A DNA stretch of 64,000 nt from a virus (lineage: Duplodnaviria > Caudoviricetes). The stretch covers positions 96,001 through 160,000 of IMG/VR virus record IMGVR_UViG_3300037067_015211. One strand, written 5' to 3'. The translations under genes and the position numbers were made by a program. Numbering within the stretch: position 1 is the stretch's first letter; the number at the start of each line of letters is the position of its first letter. The notes beneath the pieces are model-generated. The model did not search any database. It was not told the DNA's origin and saw only the letters and a program-made list of their open reading frames with translations. This document shows positions 18,729 through 28,670 of this stretch, piece after piece.

Positions 18729-19153
18729 TATAGATATTTTCGTTTCAATGATTTTTTGATTGTTTCTCTCTGTTCTTCCGCCTTCTTCTTTAGCGTTTCT
18801 TTTGTGTTTTTATCCTTGGGTGCCGTATGGTCTACATCGCCAGCACCTAATTTTGCCTTACGTTCTTTTTCCCGCTCTTGTACTAATTCACCAGCGGCCT
18901 TCATTTCTTCCTTGTCCTTAAACCCCTCGTTGTAGATAGCCATCTGCTCATTATAAACTCTCTTGGCCTTTACATCTTTACTGGGAGACGGCCCCTTGAT
19001 ATCGAAAGATATGTTGTCATAGCATGGCCCCATCTCGTTACCACATTCCTGACAAAAATATGGCGTCAAACAATCGTGCTTTTCGTCCCACTCAATATAT
19101 ACTCTCTCTTCGTCGTGCCCACATTTGGTGCAAAGCATATGATGAAACGGCAT
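18728..19153 (-). CDS. FmdB-like zinc-ribbon protein
   Basis: MP..CTKCGH..CQECG..F.IKG. Confidence 0.65.
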   Translation of the reverse strand: MPFHHMLCTKCGHDEERVYIEWDEKHDCLTPYFCQECGNEMGPCYDNISFDIKGPSPSKDVKAKRVYNEQMAIYNEGFKDKEEMKAAGELVQEREKERKAKLGAGDVDHTAPKDKNTKETLKKKAEEQRETIKKSLKRKYL

Positions 19154-19156
19154 CTC

Positions 19157-19738
19157 TTACCTTTCTGAAAAATACTCTTTTATTTTGCCAGCTATATATG
19201 CCACTTTTATGTTAACCGGACATTGTGTCATGCCAAATATCGTGCTCATTTGATCCTGCGTATAACAAAGCACGTAATAGCACACGAACATGTCCAGTTC
19301 TTCCGCATTCAAATAACTGTGTAGATAATCTATAATATCCACTATGTTTGGATGTGTAAAAAAATCCCCACCTTTATTTTTGTAAATATTCTCGTCACAA
19401 TATTCCACGGAACAATTTTCCATATTCCTATGCATCAACCCAGTTTGTTCATAATCGAATATCAAAAACTCTTTTACTCTAAAATATAACTTGCCTACAA
19501 TGTAGTTTGTGAAGTTATCATTAACCTTTGGGTCGTACTCAAAAACAAGCTGTAAAAAAAAGACTTCTACATTTTCCTTTATTTCCTCGTATTGCATAAA
19601 CCGAAATGTTCTACGAAGTTTCAGAACAATCTTATGAATAAGTCGAGCATATAAATCCATAAGGGCTTTTATGGACTCCTGTTTTTCCTGCTTAACGCCC
19701 TCGATGTGAGTGTAAATTTCTTCGTATTGTACGCTCAT
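19157..19738 (-). CDS. sigma-70 family RNA polymerase sigma factor-like protein
   Basis: Region 2-like LMDLYARLI..EYDPKVNDNFTNY; region 4-like LNAEELDMF..YTQDQMSTIFGMTQ. Confidence 0.7.
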   Translation of the reverse strand: MSVQYEEIYTHIEGVKQEKQESIKALMDLYARLIHKIVLKLRRTFRFMQYEEIKENVEVFFLQLVFEYDPKVNDNFTNYIVGKLYFRVKEFLIFDYEQTGLMHRNMENCSVEYCDENIYKNKGGDFFTHPNIVDIIDYLHSYLNAEELDMFVCYYVLCYTQDQMSTIFGMTQCPVNIKVAYIAGKIKEYFSER

Positions 19739-20088
19739 ATGATTTCCGCCACTTCTTTATCGGTATCGTGTAATACCATGCTGTATTCTCCGACCAAATT
19801 TTCGTAAATAGATTCTATGATAAACTGTCTTCTTGCATGTTTATCTTCTTCTTCTTTGCCATAAACATTAATGTAAAGAAAATCCTTGTTGTTCTCTTCC
19901 ACCAAGCCCATTATTTCCTTATCAAACGTAACCTTCAAATACTGACCAGCCTTACTGTTGTCACAAAATACGACACAACTCGCCGTCTTATCGTTCAGCA
20001 ATCTTTTCAAATGAGCAAAATCATTTGCATTAAAATCATCTCTTGAATGAAGCAGGATAAGTGCAATTTTATTTTCCTTATCAATCAT
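19735..20088 (-). CDS. hypothetical protein
   Basis: 117-aa ORF in operon. Confidence 0.6.
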   Translation of the reverse strand: MIDKENKIALILLHSRDDFNANDFAHLKRLLNDKTASCVVFCDNSKAGQYLKVTFDKEIMGLVEENNKDFLYINVYGKEEEDKHARRQFIIESIYENLVGEYSMVLHDTDKEVAEII

Positions 20089-20093
20089 GGCAA

Positions 20094-20705
20094 TCAGGAC
20101 TCCTTGAAATATGTTTTTACCATGTCTTCAGTCATTTGCTCCACGCTGACTTTAAAATCTTCTAAAGTGCCAGAGTTAAAAATAACTCTCTTAAAATCAT
20201 AATCGTCTAAAGAAACTTCCGAAGAGTGCAAATCATTTGCATCCTCGATAGCCCTGTTGATCCTAATTGCCTCAATTACAGGACAGACAATTTCTGCGCT
20301 TAATGGAGAATAGCATTTAAACCCATCCCAGTCCATTTCGTTGGGATATCGGCAGTCCGTAATCATAGCCACATCGAATTGTTGCTTGTACATCAAGCGA
20401 GTAAGTTTTTCTTTCAGAATGTTGACCCAATAATTTGGCTCTACAGTTCTATAAAACTCGCCTACGAATTGCATTACTTCCCTACAAGTCTTTTTATATT
20501 CTGGAATGAGCACTTCTTTCTTATCGCCGTAAAGATGTTCGTAGGTGAAATATCTAAAATCTCTGGCCACCACATCCTTGACAGAGTCCGCAAATGCAAA
20601 CTGTTCTGCCGTTATGTTATGTTTTTTAAATGCTTCTTTGAAAAAAATTGCCGCTTGATTTTTGCCGTGTCGTTTTTTTCCGCTTATCAGTAAAACCATT
20701 TTCAT
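20094..20705 (-). CDS. deoxynucleoside monophosphate kinase (phage type)
   Basis: ISGKKRHGK, FAFADSVK, REVMQFVG, YWV, ITDCRYPNE, HSSE, IFNSGTLEDF. Confidence 0.85.
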   Translation of the reverse strand: MKMVLLISGKKRHGKNQAAIFFKEAFKKHNITAEQFAFADSVKDVVARDFRYFTYEHLYGDKKEVLIPEYKKTCREVMQFVGEFYRTVEPNYWVNILKEKLTRLMYKQQFDVAMITDCRYPNEMDWDGFKCYSPLSAEIVCPVIEAIRINRAIEDANDLHSSEVSLDDYDFKRVIFNSGTLEDFKVSVEQMTEDMVKTYFKES

Positions 20706-20717
20706 TAACGAATATCC

Positions 20718-21398
20718 TTAATATAAAACATTGTCTTTCCACTTCTCGTGATATTTTGTGGCGTTTTTGCAATCTTGTAGATGTGTATCGTATCGACTTC
20801 TATTGCCGCCTCTTTTGTGCCACACCTTGCTGTCAGCACATGTCCATACCTCAAATCCATGCTTCAAAAGCCTACGATTCATATCGATATCCGCCCATAG
20901 CCCAACGCCAATAAATTCTTCATCCCAAAAATAGCCGTCTTTTTCCATCAGTGTATCATATACCTTTGCGCTGAACATATCCGGAGAAAACCCAGACCCC
21001 TTTACATTTTCCGTTAAATCCTTATGATTCCAATTACAGGCAGATGCCCTGCCAATTTTCTGATTTTGTTCCATAAAACAATGTAGTTTGTCTAACCAAT
21101 CTGGATATTTGTCAAATCTCATATCGCCATGTAAGAGTAAAAAATATTCGCAGCCATTCTCAAATATCTTTTTTGCCGCCCAATTACATGTCGGTATTGC
21201 ATGCTCTCCGTTAACATGCTGGCAAAATACTGCATTATCATAACACCATTTTTTTAAAGACAAATCCTCTTGCTCGTTTTTGTCGATACACAAAACAAAA
21301 TGTTCTTCGAAATTAATGCACATTTTCAATGTGCCAAACATTTCACAAACATCTTCTGTATCGTTAAATGCCAAAGAAACAATGCCTATCTTTTTCAA
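20718..21398 (-). CDS. GT2-like glycosyltransferase
   Basis: YFLLLHGDM, FWDEEF..LWADIDMNRR..VWHK. Confidence 0.8.
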   Translation of the reverse strand: MKKIGIVSLAFNDTEDVCEMFGTLKMCINFEEHFVLCIDKNEQEDLSLKKWCYDNAVFCQHVNGEHAIPTCNWAAKKIFENGCEYFLLLHGDMRFDKYPDWLDKLHCFMEQNQKIGRASACNWNHKDLTENVKGSGFSPDMFSAKVYDTLMEKDGYFWDEEFIGVGLWADIDMNRRLLKHGFEVWTCADSKVWHKRGGNRSRYDTHLQDCKNATKYHEKWKDNVLY

Positions 21399-22231
21399 AC
21401 CGCGATTCCTCTATAAAATTGTTCGTACTTAAGGGCATGCCATTCCTTCATCTTGGCTCTCCAGCTTTCGGCCTCGTCCCAAGAACAATTCCATTTTTCC
21501 ATAAACTTCTTGCGATTATTCTCATTATACTGCATACCAGTATTACTGTAGTCTGTCATCATGCCAATAATTTGAGGATTGTTACGTGTAACGGCCCCAT
21601 AGTGCATAATGCAACTGCGGCCTGTAACGAGGCATTTCTTGCCACTATCGTAAACACGCTTGTAAAAATCCACATCTTCCCAACAAGCTGGATAGAAACG
21701 TTCATCAAAACCGCCGGTAGATGCAAGGTAATTTCTGTCTATTAAAAAACATGTTCCGTGGAAGCCATCTACGGTTTTATCGTAAAACAGCTTTTCCTTT
21801 TCATACACATTTTTCCATTCTTTTATTCCAATCTCAGGCAAACACATTGCAACACATCCATCTTTTTGATTCTCAAGGTACGCATCTCTCATAATAACAT
21901 CGTAATCTTCTGTAACCAGCGTATCTGAATTCAAATAAATAAGATATTTTTCATCAAATGAATTGTAGTTAATAATACGGTTTGCAAATTCAGAGCAACT
22001 TAATGGCCGCTTTTTATTCGTGTCAAACATATATTCATATACAAGCTTTCGGTCCATTCTACTAACCATCTCTCCAATATCGTCCTTTATAATTTCTGCT
22101 ATTGGAGGGGTGCCGTTGTCTACAAATACAATTGTTCTTGCTTGTCCATATTTTAAACAAGACAAAACACAATTTTTTGTCATTTCGTAGTTCGTAACAT
22201 GCGCTATAATAATTGCAGTATCCGTAATCAT
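21395..22231 (-). CDS. GT2 glycosyltransferase
   Basis: VFVDNG, YLNSDT, GTCFLI, GGFDERFYPACWEDVDF, IMHYG. Confidence 0.9.
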   Translation of the reverse strand: MITDTAIIIAHVTNYEMTKNCVLSCLKYGQARTIVFVDNGTPPIAEIIKDDIGEMVSRMDRKLVYEYMFDTNKKRPLSCSEFANRIINYNSFDEKYLIYLNSDTLVTEDYDVIMRDAYLENQKDGCVAMCLPEIGIKEWKNVYEKEKLFYDKTVDGFHGTCFLIDRNYLASTGGFDERFYPACWEDVDFYKRVYDSGKKCLVTGRSCIMHYGAVTRNNPQIIGMMTDYSNTGMQYNENNRKKFMEKWNCSWDEAESWRAKMKEWHALKYEQFYRGIAV

Positions 22232-22243
22232 TTTTTTCTCCCG

Positions 22244-22927
22244 TTAAACTATCATTCCTCTAGTTTTCCATTTATTTTGATGATAGGCCGTATTTTTAAA
22301 CTCCCATTCCTTTCTTGGAATCCGTCCCCGCGTTCCCATTCCCTTATGCCAAACCGTGCTTCTAGGCGTTACAATAATGTCGTAGCCAAGGGCAACGATT
22401 TTCCTATTGATATCGTCGTCATCCCAACAACAAGCCCCAAGGTAATTTTCGTCGTAAAATTCGCCATATTTTTCTACCACCTTATCCACCACTTCCTTGC
22501 GGATAATCGTAGGACATCCATTGCCCGGTCGATCCTTTGTACAATTATCCAAATTCCAATTTCTGGGAGTTGCCTTTCCGGTCTTTGGAGTCTCATCCAT
22601 ATACTGAACAAGTTGTTCTATCCAAAGAGGATTGTCGAAAATCATATCGGTATGCACCCAAAGTACATATGTACAATCCAATTCGTTGCATAGCTTAAAT
22701 GTCCCCATGTTTAACGCCGTAGTCAAATTACCAGCAGTTCCCAAATATGTGATGCCATTATTTTTGCAAAACACTTCAAGATTAAATGGTCTTATGCCCT
22801 CAAGAATCCCATCAATCAATACTATGGGGCACTCCTGAATATTTTTGCAACCCCTTAAGGTGGCAAACATTTTTACAAGTTCTTCGTAATCATTCAAGGT
22901 AGTTAAAATGATGCCTGTCTTAGTCAC
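22244..22927 (-). CDS. GT2 glycosyltransferase
   Basis: VLIDG, VLWVHTDM, YDENY..WDDDD, VWHKG; probable GTG start at 22927 overlapping the upstream TGA. Confidence 0.85.
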   Translation of the reverse strand: MTKTGIILTTLNDYEELVKMFATLRGCKNIQECPIVLIDGILEGIRPFNLEVFCKNNGITYLGTAGNLTTALNMGTFKLCNELDCTYVLWVHTDMIFDNPLWIEQLVQYMDETPKTGKATPRNWNLDNCTKDRPGNGCPTIIRKEVVDKVVEKYGEFYDENYLGACCWDDDDINRKIVALGYDIIVTPRSTVWHKGMGTRGRIPRKEWEFKNTAYHQNKWKTRGMIV

Positions 22928-23877
22928 TTGCCTTCTCCTACAAATCGTTGAACCGCCCAATCATACGTATCGTACCAGTTTCCACACTCTTCTTTTTTCG
23001 CCTGCCATTCTATCCAAAGTGGATCATTATTTGTTTCTATGATCCACTTTTGAAACTCTCGAACATTGTCAACCACATTGTTCTGTATCATTTTACCATC
23101 TTTAAAATATTCATCAAATATAATCCGACATGCTTCTGGATATACTCCAATAAATGGAATTACCACATTGTCCTTGACTCTGCTTTCAATAACCCCAGCA
23201 GGATTTCCATGATCCAAATTCCACTCTACGCCCTCTTTGGCCTCCTTATATCGCTTCAAATTACCGTCTGAAATCATGTCATACTTCAGCCAGCGCAAAA
23301 ACACTTCATAAGACGCCTTTAGCCCATAACCAAAATGAAAGTATGCCATGTCCTTGGATAAGAAATTTTTGCCCTTGGGGATGCCCACCACAGCCTCATG
23401 CACTCCGCCACCCCATTTTGTATCTTTCGTGATTCTAAAAATATTATTTTTTATGTGATAAGACCGCTCAATCTGAATACAAAACGGAGACCCCATAAAG
23501 TGATAAAATCTTTGCGTTATCCTAGCGTATTCCTTATCCGTCATTATGTATTTCTTCAGATGCTCATAATCGTTACGATTAATCACATCGTCACAATCAT
23601 GCCACACCACCCAGTCTATTCCACTGTTTACACTGTGCTCTAACGCCTTGTTTCTAAGCGCATCAAACCCCTGATTGCCATAAAACTCAATATACTTCCA
23701 GTCAGAATTTCCTCTATTCTTGTACTTTTCAACAATAGCCCTAACATTATCGCTACAACCATTATCGACAAATACAATTTGGTCAAACACATTGTCGATG
23801 GAATTCATAAACATTTCCACCATCAATTCTTCAACTTTTCCAGATTCCTTAGCTATGATATTTAATGCTACAGACAT
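22924..23877 (-). CDS. GT2 glycosyltransferase of the SunS/flagellin-GT (protein-glycosylating) type
   Basis: VFVDNGCSD, FDALRNKAL, DWVVWHDCDD, WGGGVHE, FHFGY; start at ATG 23877 after AGGAG. Confidence 0.75.
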   Translation of the reverse strand: MSVALNIIAKESGKVEELMVEMFMNSIDNVFDQIVFVDNGCSDNVRAIVEKYKNRGNSDWKYIEFYGNQGFDALRNKALEHSVNSGIDWVVWHDCDDVINRNDYEHLKKYIMTDKEYARITQRFYHFMGSPFCIQIERSYHIKNNIFRITKDTKWGGGVHEAVVGIPKGKNFLSKDMAYFHFGYGLKASYEVFLRWLKYDMISDGNLKRYKEAKEGVEWNLDHGNPAGVIESRVKDNVVIPFIGVYPEACRIIFDEYFKDGKMIQNNVVDNVREFQKWIIETNNDPLWIEWQAKKEECGNWYDTYDWAVQRFVGEGK

Positions 23878-23878
23878 A

Positions 23879-26080
23879 TTATAAACTCCTGCAAAGATCA
23901 AGCACTTGTTGAGTAAAATTATCGATGTGGTATTTATTTATTAGCTCTTTTCTCATCTCCGTACAATCAAAAAACACGCCTCCAGTAAACCAATTTAGCA
24001 ATTCATTGATGTCATCGTAAAACTCAATACCTATTTCATTGCCCATTTCTTCTTTTATTACCTTTACATCATCAAAAAACGGGCTGTCATTTCTAAGAAA
24101 GATGGGCGGCTTTTTAGTATTTAAAAGTGTGCGTAAAGCCGCAGATGCACCCATACCACCATAATTATAATAATTCAAAACAATGGCACTTGCCTTTCTA
24201 AGAGTTGCAATAACTTTTTCTTCCGGAGTATGTTCTTTAATCCAAGTAACATTATTTTGCAAATCGCAAGACACTATCAACTGTTCAATCTGCTCCTTAT
24301 ACTTTGCATTATCTCTCTCAGTCGTCGTACAGGCCATAAGCAGATGTGTCGGCAAACCCATTGAATTTAGTTTCTTAGTCAAAATAATTAATTCGTTCAA
24401 CCCCTTGTGAAAAAAGGTAAAACCAAACGTGCCGATTACAAATTTATAGTCATTAGGAATTTCTTCTGCAATACACTCTTGCGGATTATATTCTAATTCA
24501 CGACATGGATAATGCATGAACTTTACCTTCTTGCCATCATGCCCAAGTCGTTTAAACTCATCCACAACTTTAGGATTATGCGTTATAATGGCATCTGAAT
24601 ATTCATAGATGAGGTCGTTCATCAAAAAGCAATCACGCACAAATGTATGCATTATGTTTATAATCTTAATATTTCTTGCCTTTAACCCCTTAAAAAATAT
24701 TTTCAACCTCTCGCTATGATAAAAGAAATCATATTGCATCTGATTAATAACATATTTAACGTCGTATCGTTCAGCCACCTTTAAAAGAGAAAATGGTGGG
24801 CCTCCAACAGACACCAAGTTAGCACCATTTTTCATCAATGACTGCGCCATATGCGTATTATAGTCGGCTATTCCACAAACTTGTCTGGCCGAATTACAAT
24901 ACAGCATTATATTTTCTTTATCTGTTTTGGGAGAATAAATAACCGGCTTTTTTATGTCCAATGCATCTATCAATTTATCCGTCGTAACTGTTACATTAAA
25001 ATTCTTTACCACATAATCTGATACCTTTGGCTTCAATTCATCAATCTTAGTCAAGACATCAGCAACTTGGCTTTCATCAGGAGAATACCAAACTGAATTG
25101 CGGTAAATACGAGCCGTAGGCCCAGTAACCCCAATATCCTTTATCAAATTACAATCTATAAGGTGAGCATTGTCATCATTCAAATATTGAACATATGATG
25201 TAGACCGGGGGGCAATGATTTGCTTGTTCATACACGCCATCTTAGCACACGTAATATCCCAGCCTTCCCCATACGATGTTGTGAGATAGTGGGTAAAATT
25301 AGCCAAATAAAATTGTAGATCGCCCTCTGCCCAAAACTGTGTATAAATACAAACATTGGGAGAAATGCCATATTCCTTTTTTAGTTTCTTGTACTCATCC
25401 ATAAACCCTTCAAACTTATTGCCGCTATTGCTATTCACCTTCAAAAACAAACATGTCTCGTTACGAGTCTTTTCGCTCCAATTCATCCACGCCTTGAAGT
25501 AAGAGCGTATCGCGCACCAAATATTTTTTCTCGTTATCAATTCCTGAAGAATAAGAATCCTGTTCCTATAAATAGTCCGTATATCCGCCAGTTGCCCATT
25601 TTTTCTCGCAAACAACGGCTTACACGGTATCTCTGGATTAAACAATTTTGTATTCGTTCCAATAGGAACAATATCAATAAAATTACCGCCTATTCCAGAA
25701 TCCATCCAAACTTTTTTGCAGTGTTCGGAAGGCACAAGCGTCAGGTCCATATTGTCTGAAGCGGTAAGCCACTCCGCTGGCAGAATGCCACCACATTCAA
25801 TCATGGTGTAATTTATATTTCTTGTATTCGTATGTAAGTTTTGTTCCACTTGTTCGGGGAGGCAAAAATTCAAACTACAAATTGGTTTGAATGTGCTGTT
25901 TTTAATAGCACTTTCAAATATTTTGTCCCTTAATTTCGGTGTCCCCGCCCAATGCTCAAAATTCTTTAGTGCAATATTCCAACCCTTAATGAAAAGCCCA
26001 TAACAAAAATTTCTTACCACTTCGGAATATCCCGTAAGCGTATCGTAAGGCCCGTAGATTTCAATCTCTTTCCAATGCAT
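23879..26080 (-). CDS. double-domain GT4-like (GT-B) glycosyltransferase
   Basis: TGYSEV..YTMIE..LVPSEH..RKNI..SYGEGW; second unit CGIADY..IGTFGF..HKG..GASAA. Confidence 0.85.
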   Translation of the reverse strand: MHWKEIEIYGPYDTLTGYSEVVRNFCYGLFIKGWNIALKNFEHWAGTPKLRDKIFESAIKNSTFKPICSLNFCLPEQVEQNLHTNTRNINYTMIECGGILPAEWLTASDNMDLTLVPSEHCKKVWMDSGIGGNFIDIVPIGTNTKLFNPEIPCKPLFARKNGQLADIRTIYRNRILILQELITRKNIWCAIRSYFKAWMNWSEKTRNETCLFLKVNSNSGNKFEGFMDEYKKLKKEYGISPNVCIYTQFWAEGDLQFYLANFTHYLTTSYGEGWDITCAKMACMNKQIIAPRSTSYVQYLNDDNAHLIDCNLIKDIGVTGPTARIYRNSVWYSPDESQVADVLTKIDELKPKVSDYVVKNFNVTVTTDKLIDALDIKKPVIYSPKTDKENIMLYCNSARQVCGIADYNTHMAQSLMKNGANLVSVGGPPFSLLKVAERYDVKYVINQMQYDFFYHSERLKIFFKGLKARNIKIINIMHTFVRDCFLMNDLIYEYSDAIITHNPKVVDEFKRLGHDGKKVKFMHYPCRELEYNPQECIAEEIPNDYKFVIGTFGFTFFHKGLNELIILTKKLNSMGLPTHLLMACTTTERDNAKYKEQIEQLIVSCDLQNNVTWIKEHTPEEKVIATLRKASAIVLNYYNYGGMGASAALRTLLNTKKPPIFLRNDSPFFDDVKVIKEEMGNEIGIEFYDDINELLNWFTGGVFFDCTEMRKELINKYHIDNFTQQVLDLCRSL

Positions 26081-26095
26081 TTAACCTCTCCCAAA

Positions 26096-27349
26096 TTAAA
26101 TTGATGAGAAACAACAAATATTTGCATTTTTTATTTCATGGGCCGAAAACAATCCCCTTTGCATTGCCATAGCAGCATTATCCCATGTGTATTTTTGTGC
26201 TACTTGCAAACCATTTGCCTTTAATTCAGGCAAATACTCTTTGCCCGTCGCCTTACAAAGTTTCCACTCTTGATAAAGGTTTTCAAGTTTTTCGGTAATT
26301 TCTTGCGCACTAGGAAATGCATGATAACAATAATTTAGCACCCTATCGTAACTATTGTTAGTTAGCATAATAGAGTTATTGTCGTTACAAAAATCTGTTT
26401 GGCTACTCCAATTAGTTACAATGGGAGTACACTCGGTTGCGAGTGCTTCCAAACATGTAAGAGCAAATCCGTCACCATGAGTTGGATAAAGCAAGTGGTC
26501 TGCACAATGGTAAAAGGCAACTAAGTCTTCGTCGCTGAATACAATATTAAAGCACATAATTGACGGATGCTCAAACAATTCGAGTGGCATGGCATGAGTC
26601 GGAGACTTCTTGTCGCCAACTGTATGCATTATCATAATAAATCGGGCATCATTCTTGCCCTTGGCGAATTCTATCCATCCGTCTCTCGCCGCACTAACTC
26701 CTTTTCTCGTTTGATTGTGCCCAACATAGAGACAAATAAATTTGTTGTCCACGTCAATTCGAACCGGTGATTTTTCTGTTCGTTGTGTAATTAATGTTTT
26801 AATTTCTTCTCTTTTGCCAGTAGGGGGGACAAAATTTTCAGAAATGCCGTAGGGAACAACTTCAACCGTATAGCCGGGGTTATAGTTTAAAAACACATCT
26901 TTTGCCCAAATAGATGGCGTAAAGATAATATCACAGGTTTCCAAAACAGAACGCCATGCCTCATGGACTGGTTTTGTATCGAGGGTAAAATATCCTGCAT
27001 TCAAAATATGCGGGTATGCCGCCTTTAGCTTAGGCATAAAATCAAACAAAAAGCAATCATGCGAATATACAATAATGTCAGGCCGAATTGTTTCAATAAA
27101 ATTTTTAATACATTCTTCATCATTTCTGACGGCATTGTAGTGTTTAATGCCATCCCATTCATCTACAGTGCCTTTTTTACTATCTTCGTAGAAACCTATA
27201 ATATGCATATCAAATACTTTTTCTACACTTCCGTCATCTTTTCTAGCCGCCATATTATTAAATCGCCGACACATTTCCCGAGTAACCCTAGACTGACCCA
27301 CAAAATGAAGCTTTGGACTATCGGATATCCACGCCAATTTCAATGTCAT
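26096..27349 (-). CDS. GT4 glycosyltransferase
   Basis: WISDSP, TPSIWAK, VPYG, GHNQTRKG, FYHCAD..PTHGDGFALTCLEALA, YTWD. Confidence 0.9.
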   Translation of the reverse strand: MTLKLAWISDSPKLHFVGQSRVTREMCRRFNNMAARKDDGSVEKVFDMHIIGFYEDSKKGTVDEWDGIKHYNAVRNDEECIKNFIETIRPDIIVYSHDCFLFDFMPKLKAAYPHILNAGYFTLDTKPVHEAWRSVLETCDIIFTPSIWAKDVFLNYNPGYTVEVVPYGISENFVPPTGKREEIKTLITQRTEKSPVRIDVDNKFICLYVGHNQTRKGVSAARDGWIEFAKGKNDARFIMIMHTVGDKKSPTHAMPLELFEHPSIMCFNIVFSDEDLVAFYHCADHLLYPTHGDGFALTCLEALATECTPIVTNWSSQTDFCNDNNSIMLTNNSYDRVLNYCYHAFPSAQEITEKLENLYQEWKLCKATGKEYLPELKANGLQVAQKYTWDNAAMAMQRGLFSAHEIKNANICCFSSI

Positions 27350-27741
27350 TTTTTTACCGTCCTTAATGTTTGATAATTCTTCAAAAAATATTTAATCATA
27401 TTGAATAGTCTTAATGCGGCCTTCTGAGCAGATTTTTCTTCTATTGCCGTTCCCTTTACGTGACTATTTTGATATTCCTTGTTATATTTTCTAAATATAA
27501 TCCAAAAGCCATTCTTTTTTGCCTCATCGTATGAAAGATATGGACACAAAATACGCATCCAATCAAACACATACTCTACAATGAATGATCCGACACGAAT
27601 AGCATAAATATTTCTAGCCGTGTAATATCGTATACTACCGTTTTGTTTCTTGCCCTTTATCATTATGAACTCTTCCCCCAAAATTCTAGGGTAAGTTCCA
27701 AAGGGAGATTTGTATCTAATTTCTTTAGTGATTTCTAACAT
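27346..27741 (-). CDS. hypothetical protein
   Basis: 131-aa ORF overlapping both neighbours. Confidence 0.55.
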   Translation of the reverse strand: MLEITKEIRYKSPFGTYPRILGEEFIMIKGKKQNGSIRYYTARNIYAIRVGSFIVEYVFDWMRILCPYLSYDEAKKNGFWIIFRKYNKEYQNSHVKGTAIEEKSAQKAALRLFNMIKYFLKNYQTLRTVKK

Positions 27742-28297
27742 AGTTGTAAAACTCTTTTTCTTCTTTTAAGATTGCCTTTACGACTTCCAAATCTTTTGCA
27801 GTCATTTTTATTTTAACATCTTTGTCGTAGTTGTAAACATATTTCGCCATTTGTGCCATTGCAAATGCATCTGCCACGTTGTTATCATTGGAATCAAACC
27901 CCCACTTTTTGTACACTTCTTTAAGGATGATTGCCTTCTCCCCGCTCTTTCCGCTCCCCGTAGCCAACTTTTTGATCTGGGATGGTACGGCGGTAAAAAA
28001 GGGAATATTATTGGAATAAAAATTTCTTCGTATCGAAAACCCCAGTTCAATCAGACTGATTGATGTTTTGGCATTCTTCCCAAAGTGATAGTCTTCGATA
28101 CATGCAAGTGTGATTTGGGGCAGGCCGATTTCATTTAGAATGTGCGTAATGCGCTCAAACTTATTGCTGAAATGGGCCGGATCAGTCTTGATGGCCCTCT
28201 GGATGAGCACATTATCGTCTTGGTCGATAATCACCATACCCGTATCCGTATAGCTAGGATCTAAGCCCAAGAATTTATGTGTTTCTTTTTTAAACAA
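27725..28297 (-). CDS. ruvC: RuvC-like Holliday junction resolvase
   Basis: LGLDPSYTDTG, CIED, PSQIKKLATGSG..K, NVADAFAMA. Confidence 0.9.
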   Translation of the reverse strand: MFKKETHKFLGLDPSYTDTGMVIIDQDDNVLIQRAIKTDPAHFSNKFERITHILNEIGLPQITLACIEDYHFGKNAKTSISLIELGFSIRRNFYSNNIPFFTAVPSQIKKLATGSGKSGEKAIILKEVYKKWGFDSNDNNVADAFAMAQMAKYVYNYDKDVKIKMTAKDLEVVKAILKEEKEFYNYVRNH

Positions 28298-28324
28298 ATT
28301 TGTTCCACCACAATATATAGTGTT

Positions 28325-28407
28325 ATTATGCCATCTATGCCCCTACCTGTCAACAAAAAATATTATTTTTTTTTCTCACTTGACTTGGGGTGAAATATGC
28401 ATATAGT
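28325..28407. promoter_or_regulatory. divergent sigma70-like promoters
   Basis: Minus TTGACA(28353-48)-17-CATAAT(28330-25); plus TTGACT(28380-85)-16-TATAGT(28402-07); A/T tract between. Confidence 0.65.
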
Positions 28408-28439
28408 TTTAATGTAATAGGAAAGTATGGAGGTTTTAA

Positions 28440-28670
28440 ATGAAAAAAGAATTAACTGACGATGAAATTAAAGAAAAGGCAACCAAATATGTTGTTCAAA
28501 TGTATCGTGCCTTGTCCAGAATTCACGATGCCCTTAATAGCGAAACGGCAGAATACACCACATATGAAAGACCGATTGAACAAGAAACGAGATCAGCGGT
28601 CAAACAAATTGAACGAGAATATGACGGAAACTTTTGGACGCTAGGGGGACAAAATGTTTGTAACGAGTAA
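28440..28670 (+). CDS. hypothetical protein
   Basis: GGAGG RBS, 76 aa. Confidence 0.7.
   Translation: MKKELTDDEIKEKATKYVVQMYRALSRIHDALNSETAEYTTYERPIEQETRSAVKQIEREYDGNFWTLGGQNVCNE

Noticed and set aside
20094-27349. DNA base glycosylation inferred from the dNMP kinase next to GTs
   Set aside because: No hydroxymethylase or TET/JBP dioxygenase in the window to supply an acceptor; kept only as an alternative because such genes may lie outside
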